Shown here in pieces: positions 54,116 through 63,538 of a DNA stretch of 64,000 bases. The stretch covers positions 42,090-106,089 of the forward strand of contig CAKUES010000001.1 in the NCBI GenBank assembly GCA_934646835.1, in the 5' to 3' direction. Source of the DNA: an uncultured Coriobacteriales bacterium. GTDB taxonomy: Bacteria; Actinomycetota; Coriobacteriia; Coriobacteriales; QAMH01. The notes beneath the pieces are model-generated. The model did not search any database. It saw only the letters and a list, made by a program, of their open reading frames with translations, and was not told the origin of the DNA. The translations under genes were made by a program, and so were the position numbers. Within the stretch, counting starts at the first letter, position 1. Each line of letters starts with the position of its first letter.

Positions 54116-54916
54116 ATGTGCGAGCTGTTTGGGTTCTTCGGTGATGACGAGCGTGACATCAGCGCTGACCTGCGCGAGTTCTTCTCGCACAGCGTGGAGC
54201 ACCCGCAGGGCTGGGGTCTGGCGCTCGGCAGTCAGGGCAACACCCTCAACATCGAGAAAGAGTCGCTGCGCGCTATCGACAGCTCCTATCTCAAAAGCCG
54301 CCTCGACGGCTCCGTCAGCGCCAAGGTTGCCATCGCGCACATCCGCCTTGCAACCGCCGGCAACACCTCCTTCGACAACTGCCATCCCTTCAGCGCCGTC
54401 GACGTGAGCGGCCGTCAGTGGACCCTCGCGCACAACGGCACGATCCTCGCCTTCGACGAGCTCGAGCGCTATCGCGGCGAGCAGCGCGGCAGCACCGACA
54501 GCGAGCGCATCCTCTGCTACCTCATCGACAAGGTCAACGAGGCCACGCGCGCTATCGGTCACACCCTCGACGTCGACGAGCGCTTCCGCGTTGTCGAGCG
54601 CATCGTCGCCGAGCTCTCCGCAAACAACAACAAGGTGAACCTCCTCATCCACGACGGCGAGCAGCTCCTCGCCCACTGCAACTTTGCGAACTCCCTGCAT
54701 GCCCGCCGCGACGCCGCCGGCACATACTTCTCGACGCACGCGCTGTCGCGTGGTACCTGGAGGCAGCTGCCCCTCAACACGCTCGTGGCGTTTCGCCGTG
54801 GAGACGTTGCTCGCATCGGTCACAAGCACGCAAACGAGTCCTTTCAGACCGCTGCGACCATCGAGGCATGGCAGCGCGCAAACGGGGAGGTCCAGACCGG
54901 TACTCAGATCGCCTAG
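54116..54916 (+). CDS. class II (Ntn) glutamine amidotransferase-like protein (YafJ/EgtC-like)
   Basis: The mature N-terminus MCELFG provides the nucleophile Cys2. HIRLATAGN and HPF are present. GAGGAGG lies 8 nt before the ATG at 54116. Confidence 0.8.
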   Translation: MCELFGFFGDDERDISADLREFFSHSVEHPQGWGLALGSQGNTLNIEKESLRAIDSSYLKSRLDGSVSAKVAIAHIRLATAGNTSFDNCHPFSAVDVSGRQWTLAHNGTILAFDELERYRGEQRGSTDSERILCYLIDKVNEATRAIGHTLDVDERFRVVERIVAELSANNNKVNLLIHDGEQLLAHCNFANSLHARRDAAGTYFSTHALSRGTWRQLPLNTLVAFRRGDVARIGHKHANESFQTAATIEAWQRANGEVQTGTQIA

Positions 54917-54934
54917 AACCCAAGAACAGAGCAC

Positions 54935-56320
54935 ATGAACGTAAACCAAATCAAGCAGCGCCTCTACGACCGCTACATCGCCCCCACGACGCAGTGCAAC
55001 GACAAGTTCATCGGCATCGAAGTCGAGATGCCGATCGTGCGCCTCTCCGACGGCCCGACGGACTACGCGGTAGCCCAGGCAGCGGCCGCGGCACTCGCCG
55101 ACGAATTTGGCTTCGAGCCAGACAAGTTCGACGACAACGGGGTGTTCTTTAGCGCGACAAGGCCCGACAACGGCGACAACGTGTCGTTTGACTGCTCCTA
55201 CAACAACCTCGAGCTCTCCCTTGGGAAGGAGAGGACCTTGACGGCCATCGACGAGCGCTTCCGCAGCTACGTGGGCTTCCTGAACAAGTGCCTGTGTGCA
55301 GACGACCACCTCCTCACCGGCATGGGCATCAACCCCCGTCATACAGTCAACCGCCGCGACTTCATCCCCAGCGAGCGCTACCGCATGCTCGAGCGCTACC
55401 TGCGACGTGCGCAAAGCTCCGCGGCGCCAATGCACTTCCATCCCTACGTCGACTACGGCAGCTTTGCCAGCGCCAGCCAAGTGCAGCTCGACGTGCCGCG
55501 CGACGCGCTGGTAAAGACTCTGCGCGCCTTTGGAAACGTCGAGCCGGTCAAGGCTGTGCTCTTCAACAACGCCCTGCTCGAAAGCGAGCCCGAGCTGCTC
55601 AACGTGCGCGACATGCTGTGGGAGAACAGCACCCACGGCATCAACCCGCACAACGTGGGGATGTTCGACTGCCCGCTCGACAACGTGGACGACCTGCTCG
55701 AGTACATCTCGACGGCGAGCATCTTCTGCACCGAACGCGACGGACGCTACGTCAACTTCGAGCCGGTGCCGATCATCGACTATCTCGCACTCGACTCCGT
55801 CGAAGGCGAGTTTTACCGCGACGGCGCCTACCACCCCATCACCGTCCATCCGCGCAAGGAGGACCTCTCCTACCTGCGCACCTACAAGTTCGAGGACCTC
55901 ACCTACCGTGGCACGATCGAGTTCAGGAGCTGCTGCTGCCAGCCGCTCGAAGAGACAATGACAGTCGCCGCCTTCCACACCGGCCTCATGGCAAAGGTCG
56001 ACGAGCTCGACCAGCTCATGCGCGCCGACACCGTGCTCTTCCACCACGGCTACTCCGCAACCGAGCTGCGCCGTATCATGAACCGCCGCGACTGGCCGCG
56101 CTTTATCGACCGCGATGCCCTGCGCGCCCTCTGTCTGCAAGTGCTGGAACTGGCTAGCGAGGGCCTGCAGACGATGGGCCTCGGCGAGGAGTGCTACCTC
56201 GACCCCCTCTTCACCCGTGCCGAGACGCTCAGCTCCCCTGCTCGCACCATGAAGGAAGCCCTCGAAGCCGGCACTCCCCTCCAAGACCTCATCGAGCGCT
56301 ACTCGCTGCAGCAGGTCTAG
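54935..56320 (+). CDS. glutamate--cysteine ligase family protein (carboxylate-amine ligase)
   Basis: FIGIEVEMPIV start of the GCS fold, about 460 aa, 18 nt after the amidotransferase stop. Confidence 0.7.
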   Translation: MNVNQIKQRLYDRYIAPTTQCNDKFIGIEVEMPIVRLSDGPTDYAVAQAAAAALADEFGFEPDKFDDNGVFFSATRPDNGDNVSFDCSYNNLELSLGKERTLTAIDERFRSYVGFLNKCLCADDHLLTGMGINPRHTVNRRDFIPSERYRMLERYLRRAQSSAAPMHFHPYVDYGSFASASQVQLDVPRDALVKTLRAFGNVEPVKAVLFNNALLESEPELLNVRDMLWENSTHGINPHNVGMFDCPLDNVDDLLEYISTASIFCTERDGRYVNFEPVPIIDYLALDSVEGEFYRDGAYHPITVHPRKEDLSYLRTYKFEDLTYRGTIEFRSCCCQPLEETMTVAAFHTGLMAKVDELDQLMRADTVLFHHGYSATELRRIMNRRDWPRFIDRDALRALCLQVLELASEGLQTMGLGEECYLDPLFTRAETLSSPARTMKEALEAGTPLQDLIERYSLQQV

Positions 56321-56375
56321 AGGAGCCGCTAGCCTCTTCACCCGCAGCAAACAAGCCAGCACGTCTCACCAGCGA

Positions 56376-56577
56376 GCTGCAACCTACTCACATCCACCCC
56401 TCCATGAGGCGAGCGAAGCGATGTCTTGCATCTAAGGGCTACAACCCAATCCTTCCTTCTCGTGAGGCGAGCGAAGCAATGCCTCACACCAACGGGTTGC
56501 AACCTCAGATAGGCACCGCGAGGCGAGCGAAGCGATGCCTCGCGTCAGCGGGTTGCAACCCAATTCCTCCACCTCCA
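56376..56577. repeat. tandem array of three ~56-58-bp GCAACC-hairpin units (family B relative)
   Basis: gaggcgagcgaagcRatgYct... at 56406, 56464 and 56520, each followed by gg(g/c)t(t/a)(g/c)caacc.... Confidence 0.75.
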
Positions 56578-56589
56578 ACGCAGCTGGGC

Positions 56590-56739
56590 CGTGGGGCGGG
56601 AGGCTGGGAGGGGGTGCCCCCGAGTTGCGCTCGCGCAACCGCTCCTGCCATAGTTGCGCGTAGTGGAGCGCACGAGCCCGAAGGGCGAGCAGCGGAACGG
56701 CCAACTCGGGGGCACCCCCTCCCAGCCTCCCGCCCCACG
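56590..56739. repeat. 38-bp perfect inverted repeat (cruciform / bidirectional terminator candidate)
   Basis: The arm gtggggcgggaggctgggagggggtgcccccgagttg at 56591-56627 has its exact reverse complement at 56702-56738, and base 56590 (c) pairs with 56739 (g). The structure lies between the convergent genes, 15 nt from the sbcC stop. Confidence 0.8.
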
Positions 56740-56753
56740 CCGCGTAGACGTCC

Positions 56754-59700
56754 CTACGCCTGGACCTGCGCCGTCGAGCCAGAGCGTGACTTCGTCACGA
56801 CGATGCGCTTGTCGATATTGGCCTTGAGGTCCTCGACGTGGCTGATGATGCCGACGAGCTTGGTCTCGCCGGAAAGATCCGACAGCAAACTGATGGCGTT
56901 GCCAAGCGCTCCCTGGTCAAGCGAGCCAAAGCCCTCGTCCACGAACATCGCGTCGAACTCCATGCCGCCTGCATGCGCCTGCACGACATCAGACAACCCG
57001 AGTGCCAAGCACAGCGAGGCCTGGAACGACTCTCCTCCAGACAGCGACGAGGCATCCCTCGCGCGACCAGTGAAGCTGTCGATGACGTACAGGCCCAGGC
57101 CGGCCTTGCTGTTGCCCGAAGACTCCGAATATCGCACGAGCTCGAACTGGCCACTCGTCAGCATCTTGAGGCGCTCGTTGGCGGCAGCGATGACACGGTC
57201 GAAGTAAATAGCCTGCACATAGGCCTCAAAGCGGATCTTCGCCTGTCCGGTCAGCGTGCCAGCAGCAACGTCTGACAGCAGCTTGACCCTTCCGTAGCGT
57301 GCCTCGAGATCCTCGCTCTTCTCAAGCGTCTTCTTGACGCCGGCGAGCACGTCTTTGTTCGCCCTCAAGCGATCTGACGCCGCATCAGCCCTGCCACGTG
57401 CCTCCTTACCCTGCACCTCAAGCTCTTCGAGAAGAGTCTTCGTCGCCTCGATATCCACTTGCGGGATGTCCTTGAGCACCCTTTCCTTCTCGGCTAGGGC
57501 AGCCTCGCTGGCACCGAGCTTTTGACGCTTCTCGTCAAGCGCCTTTTGAGCGGCATCACGTCTTGCCTTGAGCTCAGCGACCCGCGCATCGAGTTTCTCG
57601 ATGAGGGCGGATGCCTCCTCGCGCGAGGAGAATTCGAGGCCGTTCTCCACGCTCTTCAAGCCCTCAGCTGCAAGGTCGAGGACGTGCGCGGCTTTGGCAA
57701 GTGCGTCTTTTGCCTGCACGTGCGCCTCAGATGCTTCCGCTGCGTTCTTGCGTGCCTCTACATCGTCCTCTCTTGCGCTCTCGAGCTGACGAGAGGCATC
57801 CTGTGCCTTCGAATACTCGGCCTGGGCTACCTCGAAAGCGTCCCGTGCTTCCTCGACACGCTTTTGGGCGAGCTTTACATCGACATCCCGTAGCTGCTCG
57901 CGCATGACCTCGAGCGCCGCACGCTTGCTCGTGAAATCGACCTCTGCCTTCGCTACAGCCTGAGCAGCGACGTCGCGTTTGCCCAATACATCGTCAAAGG
58001 CCTTCTGCGCAGCGCAGACCGCGTCTTCGGCAGCCTTGGATTCTTTCTTGCGGGCCTCCTGCGCCACAAGCAGCTCTCCAGCAACGGTCTTGCGCCGCTG
58101 TGCCTGCGCAACAAGCTCTTCAAGCGCTTCTTGACCACCATGCTCCTTGTCAAAGTTCGCAAGCCCTTCTCGAGCGCCCTCGAAGCGCTCCCTAAGACTT
58201 GCCACCTTGCGGGAGACAACATCAGCAGACTCACGGGCACCCTGCTCACGTTCCGCTGCCTCGTCGATCTGCTCATCCGTTGGGATTTCGCCAGTAGATG
58301 CAGCAGGGGCAGGATGATGCTCAGAGCCGCAAACAGGGCACGGCATGCCATCCTCAAGCTCCTGCGCCAGCAAACCGGCGCGACCCAAACGCTGGCGTTT
58401 TCTAAGCTCTTGGAGCTCGGCATTGCAAGCATCGGCCTGGCCCTGCGCAAACTTGAGCTTGCCCTCTTCGGCCAAAAGCGGCGCCTCTGCCTTCTCGAGC
58501 TTGACAACGAGCTGCACGCGCGTATCCCGCAGCCCCTGCGCCTCTGACAGCTTGGCCCCAGCCTGGTCAAGGGCAGTCTTCGCCCCGAGCATGGCAACAT
58601 CGATACCATCGAAAGTGGCAAATCGCTCCCTCGCATCGTCAAGCGCCTCTTGGGCGACAGCTTTGGCAGCGACGCACGACTCGAGCTCAGCTTTAGCGCC
58701 CTCAAGCAACGCGCCGGCACGCTGCGCCCTTGCCTCGCTTTGTTCGTACTTGAGCACCGCGTCCAGGTCCTTCTGAGCTTGCTCTGCTGCAGCCTGAGTC
58801 GTTTCGAGCTTTGCCTTCGCAATTGGCAACCTCACATCTGCACCCTCGAGTATGCCCAGCTTCTCTGCTGCCACTTTGCTCAGCTCGTGTGCATTGGCAA
58901 GCTTCTCCTTGGCCTGTGCCTCCGCATGCTCAGCCTGGACCTTTGCCTTCGCCGCCTGAGCGCGCCTGTTCTGAGCAGCCTGAAGCTCGTCATATTGCGA
59001 CAGGGTGTCGCGCAACACGGCCGAACGGCCGACAAGCCCGCGCTGCTCATCGTCGTGAGCTTGCTCTGCCTTGAAAGCAGCTTCGAGAGCAGGCAGCTCT
59101 TCCTTGATGTTCGCGATCCGCCCCTCGAGCTCGGCATGCTCCTTCTCGTACTGAGGGCGGTTCTCACACCTGCCAAGCAGGTCCTTGGCTTCCTGCCACT
59201 TCCCCCTCAAATCCTCGACTTCGCCGTTGAGCTTGCGAACAAGGGGCTTATCCTGCTCGACAAACTCCTCGAGAATCTCCTTGAGCCACTTGCCTGAAAC
59301 GGTTTTCTCAGCACGGCATTGCTCGAATTCCTCTTTTCTCGAGAAGTCATCCGCCAGACGAACACGCTTCGCGCAGTTCTCGACCTCGAGCCTGAACTTC
59401 TCGTTGTCGCGCTCAAGCTTCCTACACTCATCCGTCAAGCGCTCCTGCAGCAGCTCGTAGCGCTGAGTGCCAAACAGCTTGCGGAAGATCTCCTCGCGCG
59501 AGGCGGTGTCGGAGGTGAGCAGCCGACGGAACTCGCCCTGGGCGAGCATGACGATCTGCTTGAACTGATCCGCCTTGATGCCGAGCAGCTCCTCGACGGC
59601 ATCGTTGACCTTGCGCGAACCCTTGATGCAGCATCCGTCGGGCATGGTCATCTCTGCATCCGCCGACTCCTTTGTCATACCCTCGCCGCGTGTCTTGGCG

Positions 59701-60011
59701 CGCTCGTACGCAGGGTTGCGGTGGATCGCGTAGCTCTGGCCCCTGTAGGTGAACTCGAGCTCGACATAAGTCTTGGCGGCGCTGTCCGCATAGTCGCTGC
59801 GAAAACTCGTTGTAGAGCGGGCGCCCGTCTTGCTGTCGCCGCTTGCCTCGCCAAACAGGGCAAAGCAGATCGCATCGAAGATCATGGTCTTGCCGGCGCC
59901 GGTGTCTCCGCACACAAGATAGACGCCATGCTCGCCAAGCTGGCTGAAATCGATGACGGTCTCGTCCGCATAAGGTCCAAAGGCGCTGAGCGTGAGCTTG
60001 TTCGGTTTCAT
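56754..60011 (-). CDS. sbcC: SbcC/Rad50-family exonuclease ATPase subunit
   Basis: N-terminal Walker A CGDTGAGKT, a long coiled coil with a CPVCG zinc hook, and C-terminal LSGGESF and FVDEGFGSLD. Confidence 0.9.
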   Translation of the reverse strand: MKPNKLTLSAFGPYADETVIDFSQLGEHGVYLVCGDTGAGKTMIFDAICFALFGEASGDSKTGARSTTSFRSDYADSAAKTYVELEFTYRGQSYAIHRNPAYERAKTRGEGMTKESADAEMTMPDGCCIKGSRKVNDAVEELLGIKADQFKQIVMLAQGEFRRLLTSDTASREEIFRKLFGTQRYELLQERLTDECRKLERDNEKFRLEVENCAKRVRLADDFSRKEEFEQCRAEKTVSGKWLKEILEEFVEQDKPLVRKLNGEVEDLRGKWQEAKDLLGRCENRPQYEKEHAELEGRIANIKEELPALEAAFKAEQAHDDEQRGLVGRSAVLRDTLSQYDELQAAQNRRAQAAKAKVQAEHAEAQAKEKLANAHELSKVAAEKLGILEGADVRLPIAKAKLETTQAAAEQAQKDLDAVLKYEQSEARAQRAGALLEGAKAELESCVAAKAVAQEALDDARERFATFDGIDVAMLGAKTALDQAGAKLSEAQGLRDTRVQLVVKLEKAEAPLLAEEGKLKFAQGQADACNAELQELRKRQRLGRAGLLAQELEDGMPCPVCGSEHHPAPAASTGEIPTDEQIDEAAEREQGARESADVVSRKVASLRERFEGAREGLANFDKEHGGQEALEELVAQAQRRKTVAGELLVAQEARKKESKAAEDAVCAAQKAFDDVLGKRDVAAQAVAKAEVDFTSKRAALEVMREQLRDVDVKLAQKRVEEARDAFEVAQAEYSKAQDASRQLESAREDDVEARKNAAEASEAHVQAKDALAKAAHVLDLAAEGLKSVENGLEFSSREEASALIEKLDARVAELKARRDAAQKALDEKRQKLGASEAALAEKERVLKDIPQVDIEATKTLLEELEVQGKEARGRADAASDRLRANKDVLAGVKKTLEKSEDLEARYGRVKLLSDVAAGTLTGQAKIRFEAYVQAIYFDRVIAAANERLKMLTSGQFELVRYSESSGNSKAGLGLYVIDSFTGRARDASSLSGGESFQASLCLALGLSDVVQAHAGGMEFDAMFVDEGFGSLDQGALGNAISLLSDLSGETKLVGIISHVEDLKANIDKRIVVTKSRSGSTAQVQA

Positions 60012-60017
60012 GTTCTG

Positions 60018-61211
60018 CTACTCCCCTTCTCCGCGTGCGACTGTGTGCTCGATCTCTCCAACTAATTTGCCGACCAGCTCTTTTTGCTCCTCGTCCATCG
60101 GCTTGCCCGTCTGCTCCTCGTAAAAGCTCGCAAAGAGGTCGATTGTCGAGAGCTCGTCAGGGTCAAGGGCGATGCGCGTCGGCTGACTTGCCCCGACAAG
60201 TGCTCGGGAGAGCTCGTAGTCGACCGTCATCGCGTTGGGGAACACCTCTTGGATCTTCCTCATTGCATCAAGCTGCGGGTGCTCGTCAGTCAAGGTGACG
60301 TGAAGGTAATCGCCCGCGCTGTCACCGGCGTCTTGAGCCGACGCAATGAGCTCTTCGAGGGTGGCGCTAACCTCGCGCATATCGTGCAACGGCACCAGGG
60401 GGATGAGCTCGGTCGACACACACTCCCCAACCGCGTCGCTGGCGCCCTTCTCCCCAAGCGTGACAAGGACGGCGCTCTTGTCATAGCGCGCCTCGCTGAA
60501 GGAGTACTTGAGCGGAGAGCCGCTGTAGCGGACCGTGTCGCGTCCTATGCGCTGCGGGCGATGAACATGCCCGAGGGCGACATAGTCGAAGGCGTCGTAC
60601 GCAGAGACGTCGACATTGTCGATGCCGCCGAGCTTGATCTCATCCTGTGCGCGCTCAGGTTCGATGCCACAAGCGGTGACAAGCTGATGGGACAGCGCGA
60701 TATTGCGCACGCCAGTATCAATCTCGCAAGCGTCCAGCACTGCGGTAAGCGCAGCAGAGTAATCGTCGCCAATCTCCAAATCTGAGAAGTGCCTGCGCAC
60801 GTCGCCTGGCTTCAAGAACGGGATGAGCCAGCACTCGACGTCGCCGTGCTCATCGGATAGGGTCACATGTTCAAGCGGGCCGCCATCATAGACCGGCGGG
60901 AAGAAGACACCCTGGTGCTCGAGCAAGCCTTGCGCGTAGGCGATGCGCTCCGAGGAGTCATGGTTGCCGGGGATGGCGATGACCTTGAGTCCAGACGCTG
61001 CAAGCTTGCTCAAGAAGGCATCGAACAGCGCAACGGCCTCCGCACTAGGCGACGCCTTGTCGTATATGTCACCGGCGATGAGAAGGGCGGAAACCTGCCG
61101 GTCAAGCGCGATTTCGACTAGCTGTTGCAAGATATGGCGCTGGTCTTCGAGCATGGGGATGTTGTTCACGCGCTTGCCGATATGGAGGTCTGATACATGG
61201 AGCAGCTTCAC
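60018..61211 (-). CDS. sbcD: SbcD/Mre11-family nuclease subunit
   Basis: Phosphoesterase motifs LHVSDLHIG, IAGDIYD, GNHD and GHVH. GTG start at 61211 with GGAG upstream. Confidence 0.9.
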   Translation of the reverse strand: MKLLHVSDLHIGKRVNNIPMLEDQRHILQQLVEIALDRQVSALLIAGDIYDKASPSAEAVALFDAFLSKLAASGLKVIAIPGNHDSSERIAYAQGLLEHQGVFFPPVYDGGPLEHVTLSDEHGDVECWLIPFLKPGDVRRHFSDLEIGDDYSAALTAVLDACEIDTGVRNIALSHQLVTACGIEPERAQDEIKLGGIDNVDVSAYDAFDYVALGHVHRPQRIGRDTVRYSGSPLKYSFSEARYDKSAVLVTLGEKGASDAVGECVSTELIPLVPLHDMREVSATLEELIASAQDAGDSAGDYLHVTLTDEHPQLDAMRKIQEVFPNAMTVDYELSRALVGASQPTRIALDPDELSTIDLFASFYEEQTGKPMDEEQKELVGKLVGEIEHTVARGEGE

Positions 61212-61335
61212 GGTGACTCCCCTTCGTTTTGTCACCCAACGCTCGCTTGAGATTTGGGTCGCGGCATGATAGATTAAAGGCAACGGGTCAGCCTGCTGTT
61301 GAGTCCAGCGGCTACCCCAGGTTTACACCCTAAAT

Positions 61336-61382
61336 CGAAGGAAGCCGCTCGGTTCTCGCACGAACCTGGCGGCTTTCCTTCG
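61336..61382 (-). terminator. hairpin immediately after the small ORF
   Basis: cgaaggaagccgc ... gcggctttccttcg (13-bp stem with one bulge, plus the inner stem ggttc/gaacc). The minus-strand tail is attta. Confidence 0.4.
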
Positions 61383-61469
61383 TTAGCTCTTCATAATAGT
61401 CACAGTCACGAGAACCGTCGTCAAAATCAGCTCTAACAAAGCAATAAGATCCGTCAAGTCCACAGCCAT
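61383..61469 (-). CDS. unannotated 28-aa hydrophobic peptide (holin-like / type I toxin-like candidate)
   Basis: ATG GCT GTG GAC ... AAG AGC TAA encodes MAVDLTDLIALLELILTTVLVTVTIMKS. GAGGAGG lies 6 nt upstream and a hairpin follows directly downstream. It falls below the 60-aa cut-off of the ORF track. Confidence 0.45.
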   Translation of the reverse strand: MAVDLTDLIALLELILTTVLVTVTIMKS

Positions 61470-61657
61470 GGCATTCCTCCTCAGACTAGCGGAGTAACCT
61501 GGCCGACCCGCGCGCGTCTAGCCTACCAAATAGAAAAGTCAAAATGCAGTCTTGAAACGAACATCTGTTCTGTTATGATGTTCGGCATTCGAGGTCGCGT
61601 GCCGAGCAAGCAGAGAGGGCGGCTTGGCGGAGCGGCCCCGTAACGGGTGAACTCTAC

Positions 61658-62854
61658 CTACACCTGGGAAAGAAGGGGCTCTATGAAGAGGATGACAACG
61701 CAGCTTATCCCAAAGCCTATTCCTACAAGCCTGAGCAGCCTACGGCCGGTACCGATATCGAAAACGCCGCGCTTGCGGAGGATATCGAACGGGTCTCCAA
61801 GCGCGAAGAGCGGCACGGAGAACGTGAGCACGGATAGCGCACAAGTACCCACAGAGGGCACGTTGCCATTGGCTCCCAGCAAAGACTGGATCCCAACGAC
61901 AAAGAAGAGCACTGCAAAGAGCAGCGACACAATCTGCAGCGCGCGCCATCCAAATCCCGGAGAGAACGAGCGGGCCCTGTCTTCCTGCGAAGCCATGACA
62001 CCGGCGCTCGAAGGCTGCGATCCCGGTGCCTCATCCTTAAGGCTACTGTCAAAAGATGCCGATCCCTGAACGCTCGACGATGACTCTGTCGCAGCTTTGA
62101 AGTCTGCATAGAAATCAACGACCCACGCATAACGGTTGCCCGGGTCGAAAGCGCACGCTCGATCGATGACCTTTGACAAGGCAATATCATCTATCTCGGC
62201 TTCCTCTTGCGGATCTTTGCCCGTCAAGGCAAACCTTACCGTCATGCCAAGCGCGTAGACGTCCGTTCTGATGTCAGTTTGCGCAAAGCCAAACTGCTCG
62301 GGAGCGGCATACCCGCGCGAACCCATCATCTGCGTGTCGGCATCTGCGTCCTTTTGCCATAGTCTTGCTATGCCAAAGTCGATAAGACGCGAGCTTCCGT
62401 CAGGCAAGACAATGATGTTGTCGGGTTTGATATCGCGATGGACTATGGGCGTCTCATTTGAGCTGTGCAAATACTCGATTCCACGGATAACGCCGCTCAA
62501 GGCAGACAGCGCGTCCTGCGGGCTCATCGGACCATTTTGCGCGACATACTGTCGTAAAGTTTCCCCTTCGATGTGCTCCATGAGAACGATGAGCTCATCG
62601 CCGATGCGAATCGCCAGCTCGATCTTAGGGAGGTAGGGGCAACTGCGGCCCTCGAGCAGCTCATAGGGATGCATACCCGCTGCTTGCGGAAGCATAATCG
62701 TCTTCTTTATCAGATAGCGCCCATCTTGAGAACGCACAAGCTCGGTCTTCTCTTGCTGCGCGGCCTTGATAAAGCTGACGGTCTCACAGGAGTGCAGTAA
62801 ATCAAGCTTCTCAACAAAGCTGTCAAGCGGCTCTTGCTCAGCACTCCCCCGCAT
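61658..62854 (-). CDS. membrane-anchored Ser/Thr protein kinase (atypical N-lobe)
   Basis: HRDIKPDN, IDFGIA and YAAPEQ are present, with C-terminal TM helices. No GxGxxG loop is visible. The ATG overlaps the upstream gene by 17 nt. Confidence 0.8.
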   Translation of the reverse strand: MRGSAEQEPLDSFVEKLDLLHSCETVSFIKAAQQEKTELVRSQDGRYLIKKTIMLPQAAGMHPYELLEGRSCPYLPKIELAIRIGDELIVLMEHIEGETLRQYVAQNGPMSPQDALSALSGVIRGIEYLHSSNETPIVHRDIKPDNIIVLPDGSSRLIDFGIARLWQKDADADTQMMGSRGYAAPEQFGFAQTDIRTDVYALGMTVRFALTGKDPQEEAEIDDIALSKVIDRACAFDPGNRYAWVVDFYADFKAATESSSSVQGSASFDSSLKDEAPGSQPSSAGVMASQEDRARSFSPGFGWRALQIVSLLFAVLFFVVGIQSLLGANGNVPSVGTCALSVLTFSVPLFALGDPFDILRKRGVFDIGTGRRLLRLVGIGFGISCVVILFIEPLLSQV

Positions 62855-63320
62855 CCGTTATCGTCTCCTCGCCATATCGATAGAGCTCCTCATCAGCGCG
62901 CACCAAATCATAGCCATGGCTGGCGCAGAACAAGATGATAGCGTCTCTCCTGTTCTTTGCGTACAAATCACCTGCATCGCCATAGCACAGCGCCAACCTC
63001 ATGTCGTGGATCCCGAGTCCCATCGCAAAGCACAGGGCAAGGATGTAGTTCCTCGATGGCCTCCTCGACCCACTGAAGATCTGGTAACCAAAAGTCTCGT
63101 TGATCTGGCTCTTCTTGATGACGTCGATCTTTCTCAGGCCCTTCTCCACAAGCTTCTCGCTGAGAAAAGTCCCCAGGTCCTTGTCGCTGTCAAACTTCTT
63201 CACAAAGAGGGAGTCCACCCTGTGGGAGCTTACGATGTCGTTGAGGAGCTCGTCTGTGAGAACTGGTGAGCTTTTCATCAAATGCCTTTTGCTGATTACG
63301 CGATTGATTCGTGTCTTCAT
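62838..63320 (-). CDS. helix-turn-helix (XRE-like) domain protein
   Basis: GTFLSEKLVEKGLRKIDVIKKSQINETFGYQIFSG is an HTH_3-like segment. Overlaps the kinase gene. Confidence 0.55.
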   Translation of the reverse strand: MKTRINRVISKRHLMKSSPVLTDELLNDIVSSHRVDSLFVKKFDSDKDLGTFLSEKLVEKGLRKIDVIKKSQINETFGYQIFSGSRRPSRNYILALCFAMGLGIHDMRLALCYGDAGDLYAKNRRDAIILFCASHGYDLVRADEELYRYGEETITDAGEC

Positions 63321-63538
63321 TTAACCATACCAAGAGTTATCGAGGGGACGAACAGGGTGTATGGGCATGCACAGTCCAAAAAGATTCCCAGACATCTCAA
63401 TACTTTGATTGCAGGGATCATGCGGCGGTGCAAAGCTTCTTGGAGGGCAGACCTGTTCCCTGTTCGCCAAGTAAGCGCAGGGACCAGATAGCCCGGCCCC
63501 TGCGGAATAAGTTTTTTCTCGAGAGATAGCGCAGGTGT

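Noticed and set aside
56406-56577. CRISPR-like mini-array (27-bp repeat gaggcgagcgaagcgatgcctc... with ~29-bp spacers, 3 units)
   Set aside because: The 'spacers' are themselves similar to one another (all contain gg.t..caacc). The repeat is a family B-type hairpin. There are only three units and no cas genes in the window.
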